This document shows, piece by piece, positions 33,608 through 43,838 of a stretch of 61,063 nt of DNA (positions are counted from its first letter, which is position 1; the number at the start of each line of letters is the position of its first letter). Both the position numbers and the translations under genes were made by a program. The notes below the pieces were generated by a model. It did no database searches. It was not told where the DNA came from and saw only the letters and a list, made by a program, of their open reading frames with translations. Location of the stretch: NCBI GenBank assembly GCA_964603545.1, contig CAZRVD010000005.1:1-61063 (forward strand). The letters run 5' to 3'. Source of the DNA: an uncultured Candidatus Saccharibacteria bacterium (GTDB lineage Bacteria > Patescibacteriota > Minisyncoccia > Phycocordibacterales > DATDWN01).

Positions 33608-35362
33608 TTATTCTACCTTATACACAATAAAACCGTTTTTCTCTACCATTGGCAAAAGAAAAGAATATTTTTTAAATTTGTCAGCCAAGTTTTTATATCT
33701 GTCATCTTTTGTGTCTAAAATAACATAATTGACCTCATAAGTCTTTAAAGATTTTTCAAACCCAGCCTTTTTATATTGTGCTGATTTTTCTAAAACTGTG
33801 TCTACATATTTATTTTCTAAAAGGACATTCTCTGGATATTTGTTTCCCGTCAACTTTTCAAATATCTTTCTTCTTACTTCTTTATTGGCATAAGTATCTT
33901 GAAACTTATTTATCCATATACTCCTATGTGACTCATTTACAAACTCAGGATCTATATCGTCCCAAAAATGTTGTATTACCCACCTGTTTTCTAATTCATT
34001 GTCTGGTATTAGAGACATCCCTGTATACCAACTCAAATAAACATTGTTGTTGGTATAGATAGGAACATAAACATCATATTTGCCCCCTAAACCGTAAACG
34101 ACCGACTCTGTTTCAGTATTTTTATTTAACCAATCAAGTGCGGGCGAAATTCTTTGTAGTTCTGTTATGTCGGGCGGATAGACTATGTTTTTAAATGGAA
34201 TAACAATATCATTCTTTTGTTTGTAAATAATAACCAGTAGTAAAGTAGCTGACATGGCAATCGCAAGCCACTTTTTATAAGATAAATTTTCCTGATTAAA
34301 AAGTGAAGACAATAAATTTTTTAGAACGATAGATATAATCAAAAATATAAAGAAAATCGTTATTAAATAGTAATGAGAAGAAAATTGAAGCACTTGACCC
34401 GTTATAATATTTTGCCAGTTTAAAACTACCCCACTTATGATAAGAGCATAACTAAATATTAAGTGTCTTTTATTAGAAAAGTGTGAGGTTAATAGATATA
34501 CAATTGGAAAGCAAAATAAAATAAAAGCAGTATTAAAAAAAGCCCCGGGCCAATGTGTCAAAACAAGACCATTTCGAACAGAGGCTTCAAAAAGTGATGG
34601 ATCCTTAAAAATTTTTAAAACATTTAGAATATAAGGCAAGTGAATGAGTAAGGATACTAAAGAAAAAACAAAATAACCCTTAACCCAATATAAATACTGC
34701 CTCTCCTTAAAAATTACTAACAAAGAACTCACGCCATATAAAACAATTAAAGTCGTCCAGTAAAATGGATAAACGTATACCAAAAGGCCAAAAACAAAAC
34801 CTAAAAGAGAATTCAATATTAAAAACTTCTCTAGCTCGTAACTTTTACTAATTGTTTTCCATATAAGAAAAACCCCAACTAAAAGAAAGACGAAACCCAA
34901 CTGAGGGCTAATTGGTCTGTTAAAAACTCCTAGGAATATAAAATAAAAAGAAAAAGAAAATATATTTGAAATTAATCTGCTTTCTGTTATAGAAAAAAGA
35001 ATTATATATAATAGAATTACACCGAGCAGGGGCAGAATTAGGTCATTTAAAACAAATGCCTCGGGGACAGAAATACCGAATAATTTAGCTTCAAACGCAG
35101 GGATAGTTTCAAAATATAGAGGTTGCAAAGCTGGACTATTTTTATATTCCTTAATAAAAGTATTACCAGAATTATAGCTACCCTCATAAACTTCTTTTGT
35201 AATGGCCAGGTAATAAGACTCATCGTCATTAAACATTGGGTAAATTCCAGAAAACTTATCCCCTGTTTTTATAATAGACGTAATATTGGGGAGAAAAATT
35301 ATTAAGCCAATCACAAATGCAGAAAGAAAAACAAGCCAATGATTTTTCAAAAGATTCTTCAT
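33608..35362 (-). CDS. large polytopic membrane protein, hypothetical (glycan-locus associated)
   Basis: 584 aa; >10 TM segments and a C-terminal soluble domain. Confidence 0.6.
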   Translation of the reverse strand: MKNLLKNHWLVFLSAFVIGLIIFLPNITSIIKTGDKFSGIYPMFNDDESYYLAITKEVYEGSYNSGNTFIKEYKNSPALQPLYFETIPAFEAKLFGISVPEAFVLNDLILPLLGVILLYIILFSITESRLISNIFSFSFYFIFLGVFNRPISPQLGFVFLLVGVFLIWKTISKSYELEKFLILNSLLGFVFGLLVYVYPFYWTTLIVLYGVSSLLVIFKERQYLYWVKGYFVFSLVSLLIHLPYILNVLKIFKDPSLFEASVRNGLVLTHWPGAFFNTAFILFCFPIVYLLTSHFSNKRHLIFSYALIISGVVLNWQNIITGQVLQFSSHYYLITIFFIFLIISIVLKNLLSSLFNQENLSYKKWLAIAMSATLLLVIIYKQKNDIVIPFKNIVYPPDITELQRISPALDWLNKNTETESVVYGLGGKYDVYVPIYTNNNVYLSWYTGMSLIPDNELENRWVIQHFWDDIDPEFVNESHRSIWINKFQDTYANKEVRRKIFEKLTGNKYPENVLLENKYVDTVLEKSAQYKKAGFEKSLKTYEVNYVILDTKDDRYKNLADKFKKYSFLLPMVEKNGFIVYKVE

Positions 35363-35363
35363 C

Positions 35364-36104
35364 CTATTTCTTCTTTAAAATGATTACGGCGGATACCCCA
35401 AATGGAAAATTTAGATATTTAAAAATACGTCTTTCAATATCAAAGATGATAAAAAATAAACCATTTAAAAACCAATTATTCATATTCAAATCAGAATCTC
35501 TTGATTTTGGTGGAAAAATCCTTGCCCATAAACGAACAAGAGCAATGGGAATAAAAAGTGTTGTGTTGAAATAAGTTTTTCTTATTATTTCTAACCCACC
35601 AACCTCATTCGCCAATTTAGTCAAAGTTGAAAGTGTATACCTCCTGTAGTGCTGTGAGATTACATCCTGAATACCCCACATAAACATAAAAGCTGGAACC
35701 ATAATAACAATATATCCCCCCGGCTTCACAACTTCGGTCAAATACCTAAGCGCTCCCTTATCATCCTCAATATGTTCCAGAACATCTAAGGAAATAACTG
35801 CATCAAAATGATTTTTTGGAAAGGTTTTTTCAGAATCCAAATAAATATTTTCAATCTTCAAGGACTTTCCAAAACTTATAGCTTCCCTAGAAACATCCAC
35901 CCCTAGAGCGTTGTACCCCCAATCATTCAATAATTTAACAGAATGACCATAATTGCATCCGAAGTCTAACACGGTAGCACCCTTGAAATACTTTTTTGCA
36001 ATATCTTTCAAAAGATTATCTTTTACTCTAAACCACCAGTGAGTGGCTTGGACTTCCTGATGTAGTTTGTGAAGTTTAATATCCATATTCGTATTATAAC
36101 TCAA
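35364..36104 (-). CDS. class I SAM-dependent methyltransferase
   Basis: VLDFGCNYGH motif I; DVLEHIED. Confidence 0.75.
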   Translation of the reverse strand: MSYNTNMDIKLHKLHQEVQATHWWFRVKDNLLKDIAKKYFKGATVLDFGCNYGHSVKLLNDWGYNALGVDVSREAISFGKSLKIENIYLDSEKTFPKNHFDAVISLDVLEHIEDDKGALRYLTEVVKPGGYIVIMVPAFMFMWGIQDVISQHYRRYTLSTLTKLANEVGGLEIIRKTYFNTTLFIPIALVRLWARIFPPKSRDSDLNMNNWFLNGLFFIIFDIERRIFKYLNFPFGVSAVIILKKK

Positions 36105-37235
36105 TCAAAGCATTGACTGTATATTTTTTAAAATATTTTTAACCCTTTTATCCCAAGAATATTGCACCACTTTACTATATGCACTCTGTGATATTAACTG
36201 AGTTAAATCTGGATTATTTATAACTTTTTTAATAGCCTCTGCGAAAGACTCTGGATCATCCGGCTCCGCAAAAACGCAATCATTCTCACTTACAATTTCT
36301 CTAATTGACGGAAGGTTTGATGCAACTATTGGCTTTTTTGAAGTCATATACTCAAAAAGCTTTAATGGAGATGTGTAATGAGAAGAAATTCTTGATTTAC
36401 CGGAGTTTGGAATAACCAAAACGTCAGAGACTAACATAAACTGCAGACTTTTTTCTTTCGGTTGAAACTCTAATACTTTTATATTATGAACATTCTTATA
36501 TTTCTCCACAAAGGAAGAGAATTCTGGCTCAGCCCCACCCACAAAAACAAAACAAGTCTCTGGCACAAGCTTTGCAGAATCTGCAAGAGTTTCTACTCCC
36601 TTCCAAGAATAGAACTGCCCACTATATAAAACAATTTTCTTGTCTAGTGGCAAACCAAAACTTTTTTTAAATTCTTCCTGCGACACCGCCATTTTGTTGA
36701 GATTCACATCCACCCCACTTGGTGATATAAAAATTTTTTCAGGGTTCACTCCCATAGAAACCAAATCTTGCTTTATATAATCATTTAGAACAAAGAATAT
36801 CTTTGGCTTTTTTAGTGCAAGTTTAAATAAAAATCTTGAAGTTGGAACACTGTGAAGTTCTAGTGCGATAAAATCTTTTTTTGAAAAAAATAAAGTTGTT
36901 ATAAAATCACGGGTGTAAAGTATATCTCCTGCCGTTAAGTTTATTTTTAACTTAGCAGAGAGTAGAAAGGATAGGCTATCTATCCAATAAAAAATCCTTC
37001 CAAATTTCAAAGTTGATCCCAACAAATCCAGACTTGGAATTTTTTCAATTTTAAAGTTTCTATCTATTTTGTAATAATCAAAAGGATCTTCTTTGTTTTC
37101 ATTATTACCCTTGCTTGGTATAAAAAGCTCTGTTTGTACACCAGCTTTTGCAAACTCATTACACATTTTCATTATGGCGAAACCATGTGCTCTGGAAGTT
37201 GGAATTCGAACGTTTGTAATGTACTTTATTCTCAT
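36105..37235 (-). CDS. GT4-family glycosyltransferase
   Basis: 376 aa; C-terminal SPLKLFEYMTSKKPIV (Ex7E-like GT-B motif). Confidence 0.75.
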   Translation of the reverse strand: MRIKYITNVRIPTSRAHGFAIMKMCNEFAKAGVQTELFIPSKGNNENKEDPFDYYKIDRNFKIEKIPSLDLLGSTLKFGRIFYWIDSLSFLLSAKLKINLTAGDILYTRDFITTLFFSKKDFIALELHSVPTSRFLFKLALKKPKIFFVLNDYIKQDLVSMGVNPEKIFISPSGVDVNLNKMAVSQEEFKKSFGLPLDKKIVLYSGQFYSWKGVETLADSAKLVPETCFVFVGGAEPEFSSFVEKYKNVHNIKVLEFQPKEKSLQFMLVSDVLVIPNSGKSRISSHYTSPLKLFEYMTSKKPIVASNLPSIREIVSENDCVFAEPDDPESFAEAIKKVINNPDLTQLISQSAYSKVVQYSWDKRVKNILKNIQSML

Positions 37236-37240
37236 ATTCT

Positions 37241-38101
37241 TTATTTTTTAGTCCCGATGAAATAAATACAGCTTGCAATGTTTTCACTACTTTTAAATTT
37301 TTTAAAAATAAAATCAAGGTAACTAAGTGGTGTAGTCAAAACTAAAAAAATCATGAATAAAATCTGATGAAGTTTTTTTGACCCAAAAGACAAAATGGTA
37401 CCCAGGTATTCGGACAGAGTCCAAGAAACTGCATGTCCCGCACCATAATATATACCTGAGTCAATTTTTTTAAAGTCTTTAAGCTCTTCTTGAAGTCCCA
37501 TCTTGCTCCAACGATAAAAGTCATTTGGAGATGAATGAAAAGCAAAAACAAAAGGCACAACTATATAAATCAGTCCTCCTGGCCTTAGAACTCTATGCAT
37601 CTCCGTAACTACCACTTTAGGGTTAGGAACATGTTCAAGCACAGTCTCACAAACAATCGCGTCAACTGAAGCTGGAGCAAAAGGGAGGTTGGCAATGTCA
37701 GCCACGAAATTTACGTTTTGAAATGGATAAAAATCAACGTTAATAATATCTGGCCGGACTACCGTTACTCCTGACCCTAGATTTAAAATGACGCTCCCTG
37801 GCGCAAACTGACTGACAGCTTTATTGCTACTTACCCCACTCCAAGTTGGATTCATTATTTTATAAATAGTAGAAAAAACCCACGGCACTTTTTTGAGCAG
37901 TAGTTTTATTTTATTTACAATAACATCAGTATTTTCATCATTAAACCCATCCCCAGCAATTTCCATAAAATAAACTTTTTTATCTTTTATTTTAAAGATT
38001 TTAGAACTATCCTTAAAAACAATATTACGAAAAGCCTTCCTCTGATCGAGCACTTCTGTAAGATTGTCTATTTCTTGGTTGAATAAATTTTTTGTTTCCA
38101 T
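37241..38101 (-). CDS. SAM-dependent methyltransferase (type 11-like)
   Basis: ILNLGSG...VLEHVPNP...LRPGG pattern. Confidence 0.7.
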   Translation of the reverse strand: METKNLFNQEIDNLTEVLDQRKAFRNIVFKDSSKIFKIKDKKVYFMEIAGDGFNDENTDVIVNKIKLLLKKVPWVFSTIYKIMNPTWSGVSSNKAVSQFAPGSVILNLGSGVTVVRPDIINVDFYPFQNVNFVADIANLPFAPASVDAIVCETVLEHVPNPKVVVTEMHRVLRPGGLIYIVVPFVFAFHSSPNDFYRWSKMGLQEELKDFKKIDSGIYYGAGHAVSWTLSEYLGTILSFGSKKLHQILFMIFLVLTTPLSYLDFIFKKFKSSENIASCIYFIGTKK

Positions 38102-38127
38102 ATTTTCAAGTTTTAATTTAGGGCTAC

Positions 38128-39261
38128 TTACTCCAGAGTATCTCTGTACAACTTTTCTGTTTTCTCTACCATTTTAGCCCATGTAAACTCCTTTGCCCTA
38201 TTTAGACCCAATTCTACCATCTCAAGCTTCTTTTTTTCGTCAATAAGTAAATTATGCATAACTTCAGCCAAACCGTTAATGTCCAATGGATTAGTTGTAA
38301 TTACCGCTTTCCCGCCTATCTCCCCCATAGAGGCTAAATTTGAGGTAATAACTGGTGTTCCTGAGGCCATTGCCTCCAAAACAGGCAGACCAAACCCCTC
38401 TGAAAGTGATGGAAAAACGAAAATCTCCGAAGCTGAATAAATCGCATTTAAATCACTAGAATCAACATAATCAACAAAAACAATATCTTCTTTAAAAATT
38501 GATCGTTCTTTTGCATTGTCCTCATCTCTATTGTTTGAACCCTTTCCACCAACTATAACTAGTTTCTGTGAGTGTTCCGGATATTTATTCCGCAACTGGT
38601 CATAAGATTTAATTAGAGTCACTATATTTTTGTGTGGTAAGAAACGAGAAACATCCAAAATATATGGACCAGAAATACCATACTTACTTGAAACCACTTT
38701 CATAGCTTCAGTTTTTTGGAGTTGTTTATAATTTTCTCCACCGCCGTTGTAAATAGAAATCACCTTATCAGGAGAAAAATTGTAATACTTTACCACTTCA
38801 AGCTTCGCATCTTCCGAAACAACAATAACTTTACTAACCCATTTATGTAAATATTTTAAAACAAAGTTAAAAATCAACCTAGAAAATACAAAATATTTTG
38901 GTGCGGTTATATCCCCCGCTCCATGCATTGTTATTATTATTTTTTTTGCAGGAACTAACCAATAAAAAGGATAAACTCTTGGTTGAAACCAGTGCACGAT
39001 ATCAAATGGAGTTTTTCTATATTTCCAAAAAAATAAAAGTTGAGAGATAAAATGTGATCCGTAAGGAAGTCTGACTTTCGGCATAATAATTTCCTTTGTT
39101 TTTTCGTACAACGGGTCCGAGACTTTATCATAATGGACTAAATAATAATCAAAAATAGGTGAGTGGAGTAACCCCTCAATAAGTTTACGAGTGTAGAGGG
39201 CTGTTCCTTTACCCTTTCTGTTATCCATAGGATAACTCATCAAAGCGATTTTTTCTTTCAT
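38128..39261 (-). CDS. GT4-family glycosyltransferase
   Basis: FPSLSEGFGLPVLEAMASGTPVI motif. Confidence 0.85.
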   Translation of the reverse strand: MKEKIALMSYPMDNRKGKGTALYTRKLIEGLLHSPIFDYYLVHYDKVSDPLYEKTKEIIMPKVRLPYGSHFISQLLFFWKYRKTPFDIVHWFQPRVYPFYWLVPAKKIIITMHGAGDITAPKYFVFSRLIFNFVLKYLHKWVSKVIVVSEDAKLEVVKYYNFSPDKVISIYNGGGENYKQLQKTEAMKVVSSKYGISGPYILDVSRFLPHKNIVTLIKSYDQLRNKYPEHSQKLVIVGGKGSNNRDEDNAKERSIFKEDIVFVDYVDSSDLNAIYSASEIFVFPSLSEGFGLPVLEAMASGTPVITSNLASMGEIGGKAVITTNPLDINGLAEVMHNLLIDEKKKLEMVELGLNRAKEFTWAKMVEKTEKLYRDTLE

Positions 39262-39266
39262 ATAGA

Positions 39267-39908
39267 TTATTTATAGGCCACCAACATTAATCTTTTTTTT
39301 AAAAAATTTAGCCTAAGTTTTGATGATGGATATTCCCCATAATAAATAATAGTTTTTACTTTCCACCCATTTCTTTCAAACAATCCCCGTAAACTGACCA
39401 CATCATACAATTTTTTTGCTGTTTCATCATATTGAAATTTTGGAATTAGTTTAAAAAATGACAAAATTCTGTACAGGTAGACCGGCCATTTGTTGTTGGT
39501 TGTAATTAACACTTCTCCATTAGATATACGATACATCTCCTTAACAGCCTTATCTATATCGTCCACATGACTTATGGTACTTAGGGAATAAATCTTTTGG
39601 AAAGTATTATCTTCAAATGGAGTATTTGTCATTGAGCACTCCACAAAGTTAAGCCCTGATAAATAATTACCTGCAGTTTTAGAAACATCACTAAAAGTAA
39701 CATCACAATTTTTCTCCTTACTCAAAATAAATAACCCCGCTCTACCCTTGCCACAACCCAAATCAAGAATTTTATCTCCAGCTTTTGGTGGTAACAATTG
39801 CATAATCAAATCAAACTCTTCTTTAAAAGTTTTATCAGAAAAATCACTACTGAGTTTAGAAAAATAGCTTTCACCAAACTGAAGATTTTCTTCAATTAAA
39901 TCTGACAT
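39267..39908 (-). CDS. SAM-dependent methyltransferase
   Basis: ILDLGCGKGR motif I. Confidence 0.75.
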   Translation of the reverse strand: MSDLIEENLQFGESYFSKLSSDFSDKTFKEEFDLIMQLLPPKAGDKILDLGCGKGRAGLFILSKEKNCDVTFSDVSKTAGNYLSGLNFVECSMTNTPFEDNTFQKIYSLSTISHVDDIDKAVKEMYRISNGEVLITTNNKWPVYLYRILSFFKLIPKFQYDETAKKLYDVVSLRGLFERNGWKVKTIIYYGEYPSSKLRLNFLKKRLMLVAYK

Positions 39909-39909
39909 A

Positions 39910-41085
39910 TTATTTATTTTTTACTAAAATTTCTCTAACGCTACTCACTATTCTTTTGGCTTCTTCCATTGTTAATTTCGCACTGAGAGGCAAAGAAACG
40001 GTTCTACTGCCTATATATTCTGCATTTGGATAATCTCCTTTCTTATATGCATAAGTGTTTCTGTAATACTGATGCAAGTGTACTGGGTTATAGTGAACCC
40101 CCGTACCTATGCCACGATTATGCATCTCCTGCATAAACTTATCCCTGTTTATTCCTGACTGCTTTTCGTCGACCAATATTGTATACAAATGCATAACATG
40201 TTTTATTTTGCTACCTTTATACTTTGCCTTGTAACTTGGTAAACCTATAGGCAGGGAAGCTAATTCCTTATTATAAAAATCCCAAAGTTTCTTTCTCTTT
40301 AGATCGCCTTTTTTTATTGTTTTTAATTGATGAATTCCAATACTAGCCTGTATATCCATCATATTATATTTAAACCCGGGATAAACCACTTCGTAATGCT
40401 TGTAACCATCATCAGAAAACCTCTTCCAGGCGTCTTTAGACATACCGTGAAGAGCAAGGACTTTTATTTTGTCTGCGAATTCTTTGTTGTTTGTTAAAAC
40501 CATTCCTCCTTCTCCTGTTGTGATATTTTTTGTGACGTAAAAACTAAGACATGTTAAATCACCAATGCTTCCAATCATTTTACCTTTATACTGTGCATTT
40601 ATTGCGTGCGCAGCATCTTCTATTACTAAAAGTTTGTGTTTTTTTGCAATTGCCATGATCTTATCCATTTCAGCAGGTCTCCCCGCAAAATGAACAGGCA
40701 TTATAGCTTTTGTTTTTTTAGTAATAGCTTTTTCAATTTTAGTTTCATCTATATTCATTGTCTCAGGGTTAACATCCACAAAAACTGGAGTTGCGCCACT
40801 ATGAATAATAGAGTTTGCTGTCGCACAAAAGGTAAGTGGGGTTGTTATAACCTCGTCACCCTCTCCGATTCCAGAGGCAATCATTGAAAGATGTAATGCG
40901 GCGGTACAAGAATTAACAGCCATACAATACTTTGCTCCAGTTAGTTGACTTATCATTTTTTCAAACTGAGCAACTTTTGGACCTGTTCCAAGCCACCCAG
41001 AACGTAGAGTTTTTACAACCTCATTTATTTCTGGCTCGCCTATAAGTGGTGCCCCAAAAACTATGTATTTATTTTGTTTCTTCAT
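39910..41085 (-). CDS. DegT/DnrJ/EryC1/StrS-family PLP-dependent sugar aminotransferase
   Basis: 391 aa; FGAPLIGEPEI..., SFYVTKNITTGEGG (PLP-lysine region). Confidence 0.85.
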   Translation of the reverse strand: MKKQNKYIVFGAPLIGEPEINEVVKTLRSGWLGTGPKVAQFEKMISQLTGAKYCMAVNSCTAALHLSMIASGIGEGDEVITTPLTFCATANSIIHSGATPVFVDVNPETMNIDETKIEKAITKKTKAIMPVHFAGRPAEMDKIMAIAKKHKLLVIEDAAHAINAQYKGKMIGSIGDLTCLSFYVTKNITTGEGGMVLTNNKEFADKIKVLALHGMSKDAWKRFSDDGYKHYEVVYPGFKYNMMDIQASIGIHQLKTIKKGDLKRKKLWDFYNKELASLPIGLPSYKAKYKGSKIKHVMHLYTILVDEKQSGINRDKFMQEMHNRGIGTGVHYNPVHLHQYYRNTYAYKKGDYPNAEYIGSRTVSLPLSAKLTMEEAKRIVSSVREILVKNK

Positions 41086-41882
41086 TTCTTTTCAATTATA
41101 AACATCAGCTGTTTTAAAAATATAGTGTAATGAATATTAAGTTTCTTTAGAACTAATGTCAAAAACTTTTTAATTCCTGTTGTTTTAGATAAATTTGAAT
41201 ACAATAATTCAAATTTATAACTAGTTTTTCTGAGCATTCGTAAAACAGCAAAATAACTATAAAAATGAAGGTTATCCTGCTCAAGTGGACTACGTTTTAA
41301 TAACTTCAAATACAAGTTTGCCATGCGTCTTGGCATATAACTAACAAAATAGGCAAGCGTGTGAGTTTCCTTTGGATAGTACCTATTAGGTAGTGTCAGA
41401 AACATTCTACCTCCCACCTTTAATACTCTAAAACTGTCAGCGAGTAACTCATTTGGAAAACTGACATGCTCTAAAACGCTTGAACAGACAATGTAATCAA
41501 AATAATTATCTGGATATGGCAAATCAATACCGTTATATATTTGTAAATCAGCAGAAACATTGTTTGCTCTTAAATTCTCTTTTGCAATTTCTTTTAACTC
41601 CAAATCAACATCAACACCGGAAACAACTCCCCCTGCAAGCCCGAAAGAAATAACTATCCCCCCACTTCCAAAACCAACATCCAATATCTTCTTACCCGAA
41701 ACATTACCTATTCTTTCTTTAAAAAAATCAACTATTTTACTGCCGACACTAATTTTGTTTTTCCAGTCTAAAACTTGTTTGGCAATTTCCTCATCACTTG
41801 CTTCTGGGTAATGTTTTGTAAAATATTTTGTTGCCTCCTCTTCCAAATTAAATGGTTTATTTGTTTCTGGCATGATGTTCAT
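41082..41882 (-). CDS. SAM-dependent methyltransferase
   Basis: ILDVGFGSGG motif I; SVLEHV. Confidence 0.75.
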   Translation of the reverse strand: MNIMPETNKPFNLEEEATKYFTKHYPEASDEEIAKQVLDWKNKISVGSKIVDFFKERIGNVSGKKILDVGFGSGGIVISFGLAGGVVSGVDVDLELKEIAKENLRANNVSADLQIYNGIDLPYPDNYFDYIVCSSVLEHVSFPNELLADSFRVLKVGGRMFLTLPNRYYPKETHTLAYFVSYMPRRMANLYLKLLKRSPLEQDNLHFYSYFAVLRMLRKTSYKFELLYSNLSKTTGIKKFLTLVLKKLNIHYTIFLKQLMFIIEKK

Positions 41883-42984
41883 TTATGAAGTACTCTTCAA
41901 GCTTGTTTATATAGACTGGTAGACTAAACGACCGAGCCATTTCTTTTGCGTTTTGACTTACCCTTACTCTTAAATCATCGCTTTCAATCATTTTAATAAT
42001 TCCGCTTGAGAGTGATTCAGAATCTTTTGGTTCTGCTAGAATTCCCTCCTTACCGTCAAATAATATTTCTGGAATGCCCCCAACTTTTGTTGCTACAACA
42101 GGAACTCCATAAGCCATCGCCTCAAGCATTGCGATTGGCTGTCCTTCCCATAGAGATGAAATGACAAATACATCTAAAATAGGTAGAACTTCCTTTATAT
42201 CCATTGCTGGACGGATGAGTAATCTAGAATCTAATTTAAGCTCTCTCGCCAAATCTTGCAATTCGTCTTGCATTTTACCATATCCAACTATAAGAAAATA
42301 AACGTCATCCCTTCTAATTTTCTCTAGAATCTTTGGGATGGATCGGATTAAATATGGTAAGCCTTTTTGTTCTACAAACCTGGCTACTGACCCAACTACA
42401 AAACTACTGGCAGGAAGACCAAGTTCTTGTTTTATTTTTGTTTTATCAAAATTTTTTTGTTCAGATAATTCAATCGGGTATGGTAAAATTGCAAACTTAC
42501 TTTTGGAAATGTTTTCTTGATTTGAAGTAAAGTCCAGTATAGCTTGCGAGTCTACAAAAATCTTACTCGTTCTTTTTGCAAAAATTTTGTCTGCGACAAT
42601 CTTCCACCATTGCTTTTTAGAATAAACATTATGCTCAAAAATAAAAACTGGTTTTGAACCTACAAAGTAATTTAGGAGTCTGATGATAAAATTAGACTCA
42701 AACAAATGACAGCAGAAAATATCAAACTTCTCTTTTTTTAGAAATGTGTATACTTTTAACCAACTTGAAACATCCAAGGGGCCCTTAAAGCTAAACTTTT
42801 GGTAAGGAATGCCCTTTAACTCCTCAAAAACCTTAGAATAATCATGTGGGCCATATGGAAAAAGCGTACACAAACATGGCTCAAACTTGTCTTTGTCTAT
42901 ATTTTTAACCTGGTTAATTATCAGCTTTTCAGCTCCCCCCACGTCCAAATTACCAATTGTAAAGAGAATTTTGATTTTTTCCAT
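41857..42984 (-). CDS. GT4-family glycosyltransferase
   Basis: SSLWEGQPIAMLEAMAYGVPVV motif. Start taken at MEKIKILF (the tracked ORF extends to 43002). Confidence 0.85.
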   Translation of the reverse strand: MEKIKILFTIGNLDVGGAEKLIINQVKNIDKDKFEPCLCTLFPYGPHDYSKVFEELKGIPYQKFSFKGPLDVSSWLKVYTFLKKEKFDIFCCHLFESNFIIRLLNYFVGSKPVFIFEHNVYSKKQWWKIVADKIFAKRTSKIFVDSQAILDFTSNQENISKSKFAILPYPIELSEQKNFDKTKIKQELGLPASSFVVGSVARFVEQKGLPYLIRSIPKILEKIRRDDVYFLIVGYGKMQDELQDLARELKLDSRLLIRPAMDIKEVLPILDVFVISSLWEGQPIAMLEAMAYGVPVVATKVGGIPEILFDGKEGILAEPKDSESLSSGIIKMIESDDLRVRVSQNAKEMARSFSLPVYINKLEEYFINEHHARNK

Positions 42985-43094
42985 CAATATGGATACTACC
43001 ACAAAATGCCAAAATATAAAGCCCTGACTGGTTTTTCACAAAATGGAGTCGCAGAGTTAACTATGATATTATTATTCTTAATAATATCAATTTA

Positions 43095-43838
43095 ATGCCT
43101 TCACCTCAGATTTCAGTGGTTATTCTATGTTACAAAGCTGGCAATTTTGCCAGGACTTTTTATAAGCAAGTTGTGGAAATTTTAAACAAAGAAAATCTAA
43201 ATTATGAAATAGTACTTGTTGGTAATTACATAGAGGGAAAAGGTGACATCACCCCAGAAGTTGTCAAAGAAATCGCAGACACTAATCCGAGAACATTGTA
43301 CACTGCAGTAGAGAAAAAAGATCTACAAACGCAAGGTATGGGATGGGACCTGCGTACCGGACTAAATCTAGCAACGGGAAAAACCATTGCCTTTATTGAT
43401 GGTGATGGACAAATGCCTCCTGAAGACATCCCCAAATTATATAGAAAACTGGTAAACGATAATCTAGATCTTTGTAAGGCAAAACGTATTACTCGGGGTG
43501 ATGGACCTTATCGTAAATTTATTTCTGGTATTTTTAATAACCTTATGAAAATACTATTTCCTGGGATTCTTGCAACCGACATAAATGCGAAGCCAAAACT
43601 ATTTACTCGTGAAGCTTATGAAAAGCTACATCTAGAGTCAAACACTTGGTTTATAGATGGAGAAATAATGATTAAAGCAAGAAGACATAGTTTTCGTACT
43701 GGTGAAGTTGAAACAATATTTTTGGAAAACTCAGAGAGACGCTCCTTTATATCACTTAAAGCAAATGTTGAATTTGTTAAAAATATATTTTATTGGAGGT
43801 TGAAAGAGTTTGGATTTTTCCCAAGTAAGAATCTTTGA
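43095..43838 (+). CDS. GT2-family glycosyltransferase (polyprenol-phosphate sugar transferase-like)
   Basis: ISVVILCYKAGN... and FIDGDGQ (DxD) motifs. Confidence 0.8.
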   Translation: MPSPQISVVILCYKAGNFARTFYKQVVEILNKENLNYEIVLVGNYIEGKGDITPEVVKEIADTNPRTLYTAVEKKDLQTQGMGWDLRTGLNLATGKTIAFIDGDGQMPPEDIPKLYRKLVNDNLDLCKAKRITRGDGPYRKFISGIFNNLMKILFPGILATDINAKPKLFTREAYEKLHLESNTWFIDGEIMIKARRHSFRTGEVETIFLENSERRSFISLKANVEFVKNIFYWRLKEFGFFPSKNL